Part shown: in pieces, positions 47,714 to 62,400 of the stretch | Layout: every line of letters begins with the position of its first letter | Numbering within the stretch: the stretch's first letter is position 1 | NCBI GenBank assembly: GCA_046563655.1 | Contig: CM102287.1 | Span: 248,001-312,000, forward strand | Origin: Yuukianura sp. NJ FZ-2021 | Lineage: Eukaryota | DNA length: 64,000 bases | Reading direction: 5' to 3' | Position numbers and translations under genes: made by a program | The notes under the pieces: generated by a model | The model's database searches: none | Seen by the model: the letters and a program-made list of their open reading frames with translations, nothing else | Told to the model about the DNA's origin: nothing

Positions 47714-50474
47714 TGAGACGCCTGCTCGTCCATAGCGTTAGTGTAGTGTTAGGATAGGGGCAAGGTGAGATGGTGAGTTGGCTCGCGGGAGATTTGAGTT
47801 GAGGCGAGGAGCGAGCGAGGATAGGTTTTTGTATATAGTAGAGATCAGTCTGGTTTTGGTTGTTAGAGGAGGAGGAGATCAGTTGTATTATATGATGTAG
47901 TCATCAGTGTTTTCAGTTCTTTTATTTATTCCAGTGAATAAATATATTTTCATACATTTATTCACTGCTCGTTGTTGTCAGTGTTTTGGTGAGTTCTGGT
48001 CTTTGGGTGGTTAGTTGTTGGATCTGCTGTCAGTGATGAGAGTCTGAGGGCATGGCTGCGGCCATATTTGTTGGAGTAGCGGTGTGAGGACGCTACACAT
48101 GGCGACCGTTCGTGTCACAACTACCAAAGGTCAGTGAGTTCATCAAAGGTCAAATGCGATTTGGCCAGGAATTGTAAAAATTGAAAAAATTGATGATCAG
48201 CTGCGGTTGTTCATAAAAAAGTGGAAGTGCATGGAGTCATTGCGATGGCTTTCATAATGTCAGGAGTCCACTAGTGGGCTCCAATCAGTGTCAAAGGTCA
48301 CCGATGACCAAAAAAGAAGATAATCATTCCAGTGTATGTGCATACGGTTAAACCAGACAAGTAAGAAGAAGCATGGTAATGGATTAAAAAAGTGATATAG
48401 AAAAAATTGTTGCTGCGGCAATGCATGAGCTAGTGGAAAGCATGCAGAAGGTAGTTCGAAAGTTAGCAGAGGGAGTCGCTGCGGTGGCTCCAATCATGAG
48501 TGGTGGAAGTGATCACACACAGGAGTTCATTTCGGCCCTAGGAAATGTGAAACTCACTTCAGCACCAGCCAAGTTGATAGTTCCATATTCTGCCACTATG
48601 AAGTAGGCGGCAGTAGTGTAGACATGTGATGTAAATAAGTTAGTGCAGTGATTTGTGCGGTTGAAGTGATCCAAAAATGTCATTGATGTGACAAAGTGAA
48701 TTCTAAAATTTTGAAAAATGAAAAAATGAAGTGTAACGAAAATGTTAGTTTCAAAAATCGTAGAAATTGCTCAAATGGCAAAGGAGTCAACTCAGTCGGC
48801 TCCAATTCAAGAATAATTTATGGAAGTGGAGGTTTTCGTGGAAAACTATTCTGGAAGTTTTTTGCCATTATGGGAGTGCAGTGTTGTGAATCGCTCATTG
48901 TAAAAAGTTGTTGTACAGTTAAAATTATTATTTGTGTGGGAGTTGCGTTTTAGCAGCTCCAATCAAGTGTAAATAGTGTTTTCTGGGAAAATAGTGCAGT
49001 GAGAAGTGGATAGTGTTGTGAGAAGTGTTAGTAAGGAAAATTTGTATGACCATGAAGATGGCATACTGCAGAATGATGGATTCGTAGGAGTCCACATTAA
49101 AGAGAGCATTCGCCCGGCCACGTTGCTGAAGTGCGGTGTTACTCTAGCTCCAAACAGTGAGCTTAAACAAAAAAAAAATGCTACGGAGGGTCTCAATCCC
49201 TAAAAATCAAGAAGAGAGCGTTTGCCCGGCCACGTTGCTGAAGTGCGGCGTTACTCTAGCTCAAACAAATGGGCTTAATAGTGCTGCGGTGCTAAAAAGT
49301 AAAGTTTCAAAGTGAGTGCAAGTGTAGTGAAGTGAAATTATTGCGAAAAATCGGTTGAATTGTATTGGTTTGCTTCAAGTTCTGTGTCGTTGAGGGTCTC
49401 ACTGTCTTGTAAAGTGAAGGAAGGAGGAACACGGAATTGGTCGCTGTGCAGAAGAGTGAAATTATTGAAATTTATGTGTAATCAGGGTCTTATCCCCTAA
49501 AGATGATTAAACAATGAAAAAAATGACAAAGTTTTTGTAAGTGGGTAAAAGTGAATTAATTGGTTTTTAAATTTGTGGAAGTGCTGTGGTTTTCTCTCTA
49601 CAAATTCTGAGTTGTTTTGGGTCTCACTATCCCGTAAAGTGAAGGAAGCTGGAACTCAGAATCTGTAGCAGCTGAAAGGAGTCAAGTCATTGGCTTCCAT
49701 TTGTTTGTGTTGTGGAGGTGCTCATTGTCTACAATTTCGACTGTTGAGGGTCTCACTGTCCCGTAAAGTGAAGGAAGGTGTAGTCGCAAATTGGAGGAAA
49801 TGCAGTGGCAATGGAGTCCATTTATGGGCTCCAATCCAGTTTATTTTGAAAAAATTAGTGAAAGTGCAAGTGTTGACGTGATGGATCATCAGGGAGGAAT
49901 CCGATGCTGCGGTTGACGATTACTATGATGAAGACTCCGCTGATGTCGATGATGAGATGACGGTGAGGATGATGCCGATGGAGATGGAGTTGCAGAGATC
50001 CGGGAGTAGCAGTCGTCTGCGGAGCTGCTGCAGTTGGATGTCGCCCGTGGTTCGACTGGAACGCCATCCATCGGAAGGGGGAACGTGAGACGCCTGCTCG
50101 TCCATAGCGTTAGTGTAGTGTTAGGATAGGGGCAAGGTGAGATGGTGAGTTGGCTCGCGGGAGATTTGAGTTGAGGCGAGGAGCGAGCGAGATAGGCTTT
50201 TGTATATAGAGAGAGAGAGATCAGTCTGGTTTTGGTTGTTAGAGGAGGAGGAGATCAGTTGTATATATGATGTAGTTATCAGTTGTTTTTCAGTTCTTTT
50301 ATTTATTCCAGTGAATAAATATATTTTCATACATTTATTCACTGCTCGTTGTTGTCAGTGTTTTGGTGAGTTCTGGTCTTTGGCTGGTTAGTTGTTGGAT
50401 CTGCTGTCAGTGATGAGAGTCTGAGGGCATGGCTGCGGCCATATTTGTTGGAGTAGCGGTGTGAGGACGCTACA
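47714..50474 (+). mobile_element. Non-autonomous LTR element (2761 bp), diverged relative of 6892-10378
   Basis: LTRs 47714-48097 and 50086-50474 (TG...CA); TSD GTTT at 47710-3 and 50475-8; PBS TGGCGACCGT at 48100; PPT GGAAGGGGGAA; colinear internal homology. Confidence 0.93.
48421..50085 (+). pseudogene. Degenerate remnants of ORF1 and ORF2 homologous to 7633-10043
   Basis: ESMQKVVRKLAEGVAA versus DSMQVVVQKMAEGVAA; RVSLSRKVKEG shared; many stop codons. Confidence 0.7.
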
Positions 50475-53400
50475 GTTTCGGAATGCATTTCTTTTGAATT
50501 CTTTGTTTTTAAACATGAATTTTCATGAATAAAAGTAACAAGATGAGGGACGACACAGCAAGTGAAAGTGGGCTCCTGTAGCACTTTTTATGAGGATTTC
50601 AAAAATGTAATTTACTTTTACCTGGCATCGTTTCGGAATGCATTTCTTTTGAATTTTTGTTGTGAAACGTGAATTTTCATAAATAAAGGTAACAAGATGA
50701 GGGACGACACAGCAAGTGAAAGTGGGCTTCTGTAGCTCTTTTTATTAGGATTTCAAAAATGTAGTTGACTTTTACCTAGCATCGTTTCGGAATGCATTTC
50801 TTTTGAATTCTTTGTTTTGAAACATGAATTTTCATAAATAAAAGTAACAAGATTAGGGACGACACAGCAAGTGAAAGTGGGCTCCTGTAGCACTTTTTAT
50901 GTGGATTTCAAAGCTGTAGTTGATTTTTACCCAGCATCGTTCCAGAATGCATTTCTTTTGAATTCTTTGTTTTGAAACAAGAATTTCCCTAAATAAAAGT
51001 AACAAGATTAGGGACGACACAGCAAGTGAAAGTGGGCTCCTGTAGCACTTATTATGAGGATTTCAAAAATGAAATTTACTTTCTGTTTATTCTCACATTA
51101 GCATGTTCATTCTCACAAATTTAAGTCGTTTTCGACAAAATGGTGCTCGGCATTGCCCTGGGTACCGTTTACCAACCCAAGATAAACTCCGAGGCAGAGC
51201 GGTTCATCCAGACTTTTAAGTACGCTCTAACCAGATTTAATGGCGATCTATCCACGCCAATTATCCTTGGGTTCCTGTAGTACTTTTCAGGAGGATTTCA
51301 GAAAAGTAACTCATTTTCACCCGGCATCGCTCCGCGTGGAGGTTTTTCGAAATATTTGTTTGGAAACAAATTTTCATAAAGCAAAGTAACGAGATGAGGG
51401 ACGACACAGCAAGTGAAAGTGGGTTCCTGTAGCCCTTTTTATGAGGATTTCAAAAATGTAGTTGACTGTTACCTAGCATCGTTCCGGAATTCATTTCTTT
51501 TGAATTCTCTGTTTTGAAACATGAATTTTCATAAATAAAAGTAACAAGATGAGGGACGACACAGCAAGTGAAAGTGGGCTCCTGTAGCACTTTTTATGAG
51601 GATTTCAAAAATGTAATTTACTTTTACCTGGCATCGTTTCGGAATGCATTTCTTTTGAATTCTTTGTTTTGAAACATGAATTTTCCTAAATAAAAGTAAC
51701 AAGATTAGGGACGACACAGCAAGTGAAAATGGGCTCCTGTAGCACATATTATGAGGATTTCAAAAATGAAATTTACTTTCTGTTCATTCTCACATTAGCA
51801 TGTTTATTCTCAGAAATTTAAGTCGTTTTCGACAAAATGGTGCTCGGCATTGCCCTGGGTACCGTTTACCAACCCAAGATAAACTCCGAGGCAGAGCGGT
51901 TCATCCAGACTCTTAAGTACGCTCTAACCAGATTTAATGGTGATCTATCCACGCCAATTATCCTTGGGTTCCTGTAGTACTTTTCAGGAGGATTTCAGAA
52001 AAGTAACTCGTTTTCACCCGGCATCGCTCCGCGTGGAGGTTTTTCGAAATATTTGTTTGGAAACAAATTTTCATAAAGAAAAGTAACGAGATGAGGGACG
52101 ACACAGCAAGTGAAAGTGGGTTCCTGTAGCCCTTTTTATGAGGATTTCAAAAATGTAGTTGACTGTTACCTAGCATCGTTCCGGAATGCATTTCTTTTGA
52201 ATTCTCTGTTTTGAAACATGAATTTTCATAAATAAAAGTAACAAGATGAGGGACGACACAGCAAGTGAAAGTGGGCTCCTGTAGCACTTTTTATGAGGAT
52301 TTCAAAAATGTAATTTACTTTTACCTGGCATCGTTTCGGAATGCATTTCTTTTGAATTTTTGTTGTGAAACATGAATTTTCATAAATAAAGGTAACAAGA
52401 TGAGGGACGACACAGCAAGTGAAAGTGGGCTTCTGTAGCTCTTTTTATGAGGATTTCAAAAATGTAGTTGACTTTTACCTAGCATCGTTTCGGATTGCAT
52501 TTCTTTTGAATTCTTTGTTTTGAAACATGAATTTTCATAAATAAAAGTAACAAGATTAGAGACGACACAGCAAGTGAAAGTGGGCTCCTGTAGCACTTTT
52601 TATGTGGATTTCAAAGCTGTAGTTGATTTTTACCCAGCATCGTTCCGGAACGCATTTCTTTTGAATTCTTTGTTTTGAAACAAGAATTTTCCTAAATAAA
52701 AGTAACAAGATTAGGGACGACACAGCAAGTGAAAGTGGGCTCCTGTAGCACTTATTATGAGGATTTCAAAAATGAAATTTACTTTCTGTTTATTCTCACA
52801 TTAGCATGTTCATTCTCACAAATTTAAGTCGTTTTCGACAAAATGGTGCTCGGCATTGCACTGGGTACCGTTTACCAACCCAAGATAAACTCCGAGGCAG
52901 AGCGGTTCATCCAGACTTTTAAGTACGCTCTAACCAGATTTAATGGCGATCTATCCACGCCAATTATCCTTGGGTTCCTGTAGTACTTTTCAGGAGGATT
53001 TCAGAAAAGTAACTCATATTCACCCGGCATCGCTCCGCGTGGAGGTTTTTCGAAATATTTGTTTGGAAACAAATTTTCATAAAAAAAGTAACGAGATGAG
53101 GGACGACACAGCAAGTGAAAGTGGGTTCCTGTAGCCCTTTTTATGAGGATTTCAAAAATGTAGTTGACTGTTACCTAGCATCGTTCCGGAATGCATTTCT
53201 TTTGAATTCTCTGTTTTGAAACATGAATTTTCATAAATAAAAGTAACAAGATGAGGGACGACACAGCAAGTGAAAGTGGGCTCCTGTAGCACTTTTTATG
53301 AGGATTTCAAAAATGTAATTTACTTTTACCTGGCATCGTTTCGGAATGCATTTCTTTTGAATTTTTGTTGTGAAACATGAATTTTCATAAATAAAGGTAA

Positions 53401-56400
53401 CAAGATGAGGGACGACACAGCAAGTGAAAGTGGGCTTCTGTAGCTCTTTTTATGAGGATTTCAAAAATGTAGTTGACTTTTACCTAGCATCGTTTCGGAT
53501 TGCATTTCTTTTGAATTCTTTGTTTTGAAACATGAATTTTCATAAATAAAAGTAACAAGATTAGAGACGACACAGCAAGTGAAAGTGGGCTCCTGTAGCA
53601 CTTTTTATGTGGATTTCAAAGCTGTAGTTGATTTTTACCCAGCATCGTTCCGGAACGCATTTCTTTTGAATTCTTTGTTTTGAAACAAGAATTTTCCTAA
53701 ATAAAAGTAACAAGATTAGGGACGACACAGCAAGTGAAAGTGGGCTCCTGTAGCACTTATTATGAGGATTTCAAAAATGAAATTTACTTTCTGTTTATTC
53801 TCACATTAGCATGTTCATTCTCACAAATTTAAGTCGTTTTCGACAAAATGGTGCTCGGCATTGCACTGGGTACCGTTTACCAACCCAAGATAAACTCCGA
53901 GGCAGAGCGGTTCATCCAGACTTTTAAGTACGCTCTAACCAGATTTAATGGCGATCTATCCACGCCAATTATCCTTGGGTTCCTGTAGTACTTTTCAGGA
54001 GGATTTCAGAAAAGTAACTCATTTTCACCCGGCATCGCTCCGCGTGGAGGTTTTTCGAAATATTTGTTTGGAAACAAATTTTCATAAAGAAAAGTAACGA
54101 GATGAGGGACGACACAGCAAGTGAAAGTGGGTTCCTGTAGCCCTTTTTATGAGGATTTCAAAGCTGTAGTTGATTTTTACCCAGCATCGTTCCGGAACGC
54201 ATTTCTTTTGAATTCTTTGTTTTGAAACAAGAATTTTCCTAAATAAAAGTAACAAGATTAGGGACGACACAGCAAGTGAAAGTGGGCTCCTGTAGCACTT
54301 ATTATGAGGATTTCAAAAATGAAATTTACTTTCTGTTTATTCTCACATTAGCATGTTCATTCTCACAAATTTAAGTCGTTTTCGACAAAATGGTGCTCGG
54401 CATTGCACTGGGTACCGTTTACCAACCCAAGATAAACTCCGAGGCAGAGCGGTTCATCCAGACTTTTAAGTACGCTCTAACCAGATTTAATGGCGATCTA
54501 TCCACGCCAATTATCCTTGGGTTCCTGTAGTACTTTTCAGGAGGATTTCAGAAAAGTAACTCATTTTCACCCGGCATCGCTCCGCGTGGAGGTTTTTCGA
54601 AATATTTGTTTGGAAACAAATTTTCATAAAGAAAAGTAACGAGATGAGGGACGACACAGCAAGTGAAAGTGGGTTCCTGTAGCCCTTTTTATGAGGATTT
54701 CAAAGCTGTAGTTGATTTTTACCCAGCATCGTTCCGGAACGCATTTCTTTTGAATTCTTTGTTTTGAAACAAGAATTTTCCTAAATAAAAGTAACAAGAT
54801 TAGGGACGACACAGCAAGTGAAAGTGGGCTCCTGTAGCACTTATTATGAGGATTTCAAAAATGAAATTTACTTTCTGTTTATTCTCACATTAGCATGTTC
54901 ATTCTCACAAATTTAAGTCGTTTTCGACAAAATGGTGCTCGGCATTGCACTGGGTACCGTTTACCAACCCAAGATAAACTCCGAGGCAGAGCGGTTCATC
55001 CAGACTTTTAAGTACGCTCTAACCAGATTTAATGGCGATCTATCCACGCCAATTATCCTTGGGTTCCTGTAGTACTTTTCAGGAGGATTTCAGAAAAGTA
55101 ACTCATTTTCACCCGGCATCGCTCCGCGTGGAGGTTTTTCGAAATATTTGTTTGGAAACAAATTTTCATAAAGAAAAGTAACGAGATTAGGGACGACACA
55201 GCAAGTGAAAGTGGGTTCCTGTAGCCCTTTTTATGAGGATTTCAAAAATGTAGTTGACTGTTACCTAGCATCGTTCCGGAATGCATTTCTTTTGAATTCT
55301 CTGTTTTGAAACATGAATTTTCATAAATAAAAGTAACAAGATGAGGGACGACACAGCAAGTGAAAGTGGGCTCCTGTAGCACTTTTTATGAGCATTTCAA
55401 AAATGTAATTTACTTTTACCTGGCATCGTTTCGGAATGCATTTCTTTTGAATTTTTGTTGTGAAACATGAATTTTCATAAATAAAGGTAACAAGATTAGG
55501 GACGACACAGCAAGTGAAAGTGGGCTCCTGTAGCACTTTTTATGTGGATTTCAAAGCTGTAGTTGATTTTTACCTAGCATCGTTTCGGAATGCATTTCTT
55601 TTGAATTCTTTGTTTTGAAACATGAATTTTCATAAATAAAAGTAACAAGATTAGGGACCACACAGCAAGTGAAAGTGGGCTCCTGTAGCACTTTTTATGT
55701 GGATTTCAAAGCTGTAGTTGATTTTTACCCAGCATCGTTCCGGAATGCATTTCTTTTGAATTCTTTGTTTTGAAACAAGAATTTTCCTAAATAAAAGTAA
55801 CAAGATTAGGGACGACACAGCAAGTGAAAGTGGGCTCCTGTAGCACTTATTATGAGGATTTCAAAAATGAAATTTACTTTCTGTTTATTCTCACATTAGC
55901 ATGTTCATTCTCACAAATTTAAGTCGTTTTCGACAAAATGGTGCTCGGCATTGCACTGGGTACCGTTTACCAACCCAAGATAAACTCCGAGGCAGAGCGG
56001 TTCATCCAGACTTTTAAGTACGCTCTAACCAGATTTAATGGCGATCTATCCACGCCAATTATCCTTGGGTTCCTGTAGTACTTTTCAGGAGGATTTCAGA
56101 AAAGTAACTCATTTTCACCCGGCATCGCTCCGCGTGGAGGTTTTTCGAAATATTTGTTTGGAAACAAATTTTCATAAAGAAAAGTAACGAGATTAGGGAC
56201 GACACAGCAAGTGAAAGTGGGTTCCTGTAGCCCTTTTTATGAGGATTTCAAAAATGTAGTTGACTGTTACCTAGCATCGTTCCGGAATGCATTTCTTTTG
56301 AATTCTCTGTTTTGAAACATGAATTTTCATAAATAAAAGTAACAAGATGAGGGACGACACAGCAAGTGAAAGTGGGCTCCTGTAGCACTTTTTATGAGCA

Positions 56401-59400
56401 TTTCAAAAATGTAATTTACTTTTACCTGGCATCGTTTCGGAATGCATTTCTTTTGAATTTTTGTTGTGAAACATGAATTTTCATAAATAAAGGTAACAAG
56501 ATGAGGGACGACACAGCAAGTGAAAGTGGGCTTCTGTAGCACTTTTTATGAGGATTTCAAAAATGAAATTTACTTTCTGTTCATTCTCACATTAGCATGT
56601 TTATTCTCAGAAATTTAAGTCGTTTTCGACAAAATGGTGCTCGGCATTGCCCTGGGTACCGTTTACCAACCCAAGATAAACTCCGAGGCAGAGCGGTTCA
56701 TCCAGACTCTTAAGTACGCTCTAACCAGATTTAATGGTGATCTATCCACGCCAATTATCCTTGGGTTCCTGTAGTACTTTTCAGGAGGATTTCAGAAAAG
56801 TAACTCGTTTTCACCCGGCATCGCTCCGCGTGGAGGTTTTTCGAAATATTTGTTTGGAAACAAATTTTCATAAAGAAAAGTAACGAGATGAGGGACGACA
56901 CAGCAAGTGAAAGTGGGTTCCTGTAGCCCTTTTTATGAGGATTTCAAAAATGTAGTTGACTGTTACCTAGCATCGTTCCGGAATGCATTTCTTTTGAATT
57001 CTCTGTTTTGAAACATGAATTTTCATAAATAAAAGTAACAAGATGAGGGACGACACAGCAAGTGAAAGTGGGCTCCTGTAGCACTTTTTATGAGGATTTC
57101 AAAAATGTAATTTACTTTTACCTGGCATCGTTTCGGAATGCATTTCTTTTGAATTTTTGTTGTGAAACATGAATTTTCATAAATAAAGGTAACAAGATGA
57201 GGGACGACACAGCAAGTGAAAGTGGGCTTCTGTAGCTCTTTTTATGAGGATTTCAAAAATGTAGTTGACTTTTACCTAGCATCGTTTCGGATTGCATTTC
57301 TTTTGAATTCTTTGTTTTGAAACATGAATTTTCATAAATAAAAGTAACAAGATTAGAGACGACACAGCAAGTGAAAGTGGGCTCCTGTAGCACTTTTTAT
57401 GTGGATTTCAAAGCTGTAGTTGATTTTTACCCAGCATCGTTCCGGAACGCATTTCTTTTGAATTCTTTGTTTTGAAACAAGAATTTTCCTAAATAAAAGT
57501 AACAAGATTAGGGACGACACAGCAAGTGAAAGTGGGCTCCTGTAGCACTTATTATGAGGATTTCAAAAATGAAATTTACTTTCTGTTTATTCTCACATTA
57601 GCATGTTCATTCTCACAAATTTAAGTCGTTTTCGACAAAATGGTGCTCGGCATTGCACTGGGTACCGTTTACCAACCCAAGATAAACTCCGAGGCAGAGC
57701 GGTTCATCCAGACTTTTAAGTACGCTCTAACCAGATTTAATGGCGATCTATCCACGCCAATTATCCTTGGGTTCCTGTAGTACTTTTCAGGAGGATTTCA
57801 GAAAAGTAACTCATTTTCACCCGGCATCGCTCCGCGTGGAGGTTTTTCGAAATATTTGTTTGGAAACAAATTTTCATAAAGAAAAGTAACGAGATGAGGG
57901 ACGACACAGCAAGTGAAAGTGGGTTCCTGTAGCCCTTTTTATGAGGATTTCAAAGCTGTAGTTGATTTTTACCCAGCATCGTTCCGGAACGCATTTCTTT
58001 TGAATTCTTTGTTTTGAAACAAGAATTTTCCTAAATAAAAGTAACAAGATTAGGGACGACACAGCAAGTGAAAGTGGGCTCCTGTAGCACTTATTATGAG
58101 GATTTCAAAAATGAAATTTACTTTCTGTTTATTCTCACATTAGCATGTTCATTCTCACAAATTTAAGTCGTTTTCGACAAAATGGTGCTCGGCATTGCAC
58201 TGGGTACCGTTTACCAACCCAAGATAAACTCCGAGGCAGAGCGGTTCATCCAGACTTTTAAGTACGCTCTAACCAGATTTAATGGCGATCTATCCACGCC
58301 AATTATCCTTGGGTTCCTGTAGTACTTTTCAGGAGGATTTCAGAAAAGTAACTCATTTTCACCCGGCATCGCTCCGCGTGGAGGTTTTTCGAAATATTTG
58401 TTTGGAAACAAATTTTCATAAAGAAAAGTAACGAGATGAGGGACGACACAGCAAGTGAAAGTGGGTTCCTGTAGCCCTTTTTATGAGGATTTCAAAGCTG
58501 TAGTTGATTTTTACCCAGCATCGTTCCGGAACGCATTTCTTTTGAATTCTTTGTTTTGAAACAAGAATTTTCCTAAATAAAAGTAACAAGATTAGGGACG
58601 ACACAGCAAGTGAAAGTGGGCTCCTGTAGCACTTATTATGAGGATTTCAAAAATGAAATTTACTTTCTGTTTATTCTCACATTAGCATGTTCATTCTCAC
58701 AAATTTAAGTCGTTTTCGACAAAATGGTGCTCGGCATTGCACTGGGTACCGTTTACCAACCCAAGATAAACTCCGAGGCAGAGCGGTTCATCCAGACTTT
58801 TAAGTACGCTCTAACCAGATTTAATGGCGATCTATCCACGCCAATTATCCTTGGGTTCCTGTAGTACTTTTCAGGAGGATTTCAGAAAAGTAACTCATTT
58901 TCACCCGGCATCGCTCCGCGTGGAGGTTTTTCGAAATATTTGTTTGGAAACAAATTTTCATAAAGAAAAGTAACGAGATTAGGGACGACACAGCAAGTGA
59001 AAGTGGGTTCCTGTAGCCCTTTTTATGAGGATTTCAAAAATGTAGTTGACTGTTACCTAGCATCGTTCCGGAATGCATTTCTTTTGAATTCTCTGTTTTG
59101 AAACATGAATTTTCATAAATAAAAGTAACAAGATGAGGGACGACACAGCAAGTGAAAGTGGGCTCCTGTAGCACTTTTTATGAGGATTTCAAAAATGTAA
59201 TTTACTTTTACCTGGCATCGTTTCGGAATGCATTTCTTTTGAATTTTTGTTGTGAAACATGAATTTTCATAAATAAAGGTAACAAGATGAGGGACGACAC
59301 AGCAAGTGAAAGTGGGCTTCTGTAGCTCTTTTTATGAGGATTTCAAAAATGTAGTTGACTTTTACCTAGCATCGTTTCGGATTGCATTTCTTTTGAATTC

Positions 59401-62400
59401 TTTGTTTTGAAACATGAATTTTCATAAATAAAAGTAACAAGATTAGGGACGACACAGCAAGTGAAAGTGGGCTCCTGTAGCACTTTTTATGTGGATTTCA
59501 AAGCTGTAGTTGATTTTTACCTAGCATCGTTTCGGAATGCATTTCTTTTGAATTCTTTGTTTTGAAACATGAATTTTCATAAATAAAAGTAACAAGATTA
59601 GGGACGACACAGCAAGTGAAAGTGGGCTCCTGTAGCACTTTTTATGTGGATTTCAAAGCTGTAGTTGATTTTTACCCAGCATCGTTCCGGAATGCATTTC
59701 TTTTGAATTCTTTGTTTTGAAACAAGAATTTTCCTAAATAAAAGTAACAAGATTAGGGACGACACAGCAAGTGAAAGTGGGCTCCTGTAGCACTTATTAT
59801 GAGGATTTCAAAAATGAAATTTACTTTCTGTTTATTCTCACATTAGCATGTTCATTCTCACAAATTTAAGTCGTTTTCGACAAAATGGTGCTCGGCATTG
59901 CCCTGGGTACCGTTTACCAACCCAAGATAAACTCCGAGGCAGAGCGGTTCATCCAGACTCTTAAGTACGCTCTAACCAGATTTAATGGTGATCTATCCAC
60001 GCCAATTATCCTTGGGTTCCTGTAGTACTTTTCAGGAGGATTTCAGAAAAGTAACTCATTTTCACCCGGCATCGCTCCGCGTAGAGGTTTTTCGAAATAT
60101 TTGTTTGGAAACAAATTTTCATAAAGAAAAGTAACGAGATGAGGGACTACACAGCAAGTGAAAGTGGGCTCCTGTAGCACTTTTTATGAGGATTTCAAAG
60201 ATGTAGTTGACTTTTACCTAGCATCGTTCCTGAATGCATTTCTTTTGAATTTTTGTTGTGAAACATGAATTTTCATAAATAAAGGTAACAAGATGAGGGA
60301 CGACACAGCAAGTGAAAGTGGGCTTCTGTAGCTCTTTTTATGAGGATTTCAAAAATGTAGTTGACTTTTACCTAGCATCGTTTCGGATTGCATTTCTTTT
60401 GAATTCTTTGTTTTGAAACATGAATTTTCATAAATAAAAGTAACAAGATTAGAGACGACACAGCAAGTGAAAGTGGGCTCCTGTAGCACTTTTTATGTGG
60501 ATTTCAAAGCTGTAGTTGATTTTTACCCAGCATCGTTCCGGAACGCATTTCTTTTGAATTCTTTGTTTTGAAACAAGAATTTTCCTAAATAAAAGTAACA
60601 AGATTAGGGACGACACAGCAAGTGAAAGTGGGCTCCTGTAGCACTTATTATGAGGATTTCAAAAATGAAATTTACTTTCTGTTTATTCTCACATTAGCAT
60701 GTTCATTCTCACAAATTTAAGTCGTTTTCGACAAAATGGTGCTCGGCATTGCACTGGGTACCGTTTACCAACCCAAGATAAACTCCGAGGCAGAGCGGTT
60801 CATCCAGACTTTTAAGTACGCTCTAACCAGATTTAATGGCGATCTATCCACGCCAATTATCCTTGGGTTCCTGTAGTACTTTTCAGGAGGATTTCAGAAA
60901 AGTAACTCATTTTCACCCGGCATCGCTCCGCGTGGAGGTTTTTCGAAATATTTGTTTGGAAACAAATTTTCATAAAGAAAAGTAACGAGATTAGGGACGA
61001 CACAGCAAGTGAAAGTGGGTTCCTGTAGCCCTTTTTATGAGGATTTCAAAAATGTAGTTGACTGTTACCTAGCATCGTTCCGGAATGCATTTCTTTTGAA
61101 TTCTCTGTTTTGAAACATGAATTTTCATAAATAAAAGTAACAAGATGAGGGACGACACAGCAAGTGAAAGTGGGCTCCTGTAGCACTTTTTATGAGCATT
61201 TCAAAAATGTAATTTACTTTTACCTGGCATCGTTTCGGAATGCATTTCTTTTGAATTTTTGTTGTGAAACATGAATTTTCATAAATAAAGGTAACAAGAT
61301 GAGGGACGACACAGCAAGTGAAAGTGGGCTTCTGTAGCTCTTTTTATGAGGATTTCAAAAATGTAGTCGACTTTTACCTAGCATCGTTTCGGATTGCATT
61401 TCTTTTGAATTCTTTGTTTTGAAACATGAATTTTCATAAATAAAAGTAACAAGATTAGGGACGACACAGCAAGTGAAAGTGGGCTCCTGTAGCACTTTTT
61501 ATGTGGATTTCAAAGCTGTAGTTGATTTTTACCTAGCATCGTTTCGGAATGCATTTCTTTTGAATTCTTTGTTTTGAAACATGAATTTTCATAAATAAAA
61601 GTAACAAGATTAGGGACGACACAGCAAGTGAAAGTGGGCTCCTGTAGCACTTTTTATGTGGATTTCAAAGCTGTAGTTGATTTTTACCCAGCATCGTTCC
61701 GGAATGCATTTCTTTTGAATTCTTTGTTTTGAAACAAGAATTTTCCTAAATAAAAGTAACAAGATTAGGGACGACACAGCAAGTGAAAGTGGGCTCCTGT
61801 AGCACTTATTATGAGGATTTCAAAAATGAAATTTACTTTCTGTTTATTCTCACATTAGCATGTTCATTCTCACAAATTTAAGTCGTTTTCGACAAAATGG
61901 TGCTCGGCATTGCCCTGGGTACCGTTTACCAACCCAAGATAAACTCCGAGGCAGAGCGGTTCATCCAGACTTTTAAGTACGCTCTAACCAGATTTAATGG
62001 CGATCTATCCACGCCAATTATCCTTGGGTTCCTGTAGTACTTTTCAGGAGGATTTCAGAAAAGTAACTCATTTTCACCCGGCATCGCTCCGCGTGGAGGT
62101 TTTTCGAAATATTTGTTTGGAAACAAATTTTCATAAAGAAAAGTAACGAGATGAGGGACGACACAGCAAGTGAAAGTGGGTTCCTGTAGCCCTTTTTATG
62201 AGGATTTCAAAAATGTAATTTACTTTTACCTGGCATCGTTTCGGAATGCATTTCTTTTGAATTTTTGTTGTGAAACATGAATTTTCATAAATAAAGGTAA
62301 CAAGATGAGGGACGACACAGCAAGTGAAAGTGGGCTTCTGTAGCTCTTTTTATGAGGATTTCAAAAATGTAGTTGACTTTTACCTAGCATCGTTTCGGAC

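Noticed and set aside
35410..58604. Many 60-100 aa ORFs in the satellites (MCYRSPF..., MAIYPRQ..., MKVYSHQ...)
   Set aside because: Chance open frames in tandem repeats; they appear and disappear with single indels
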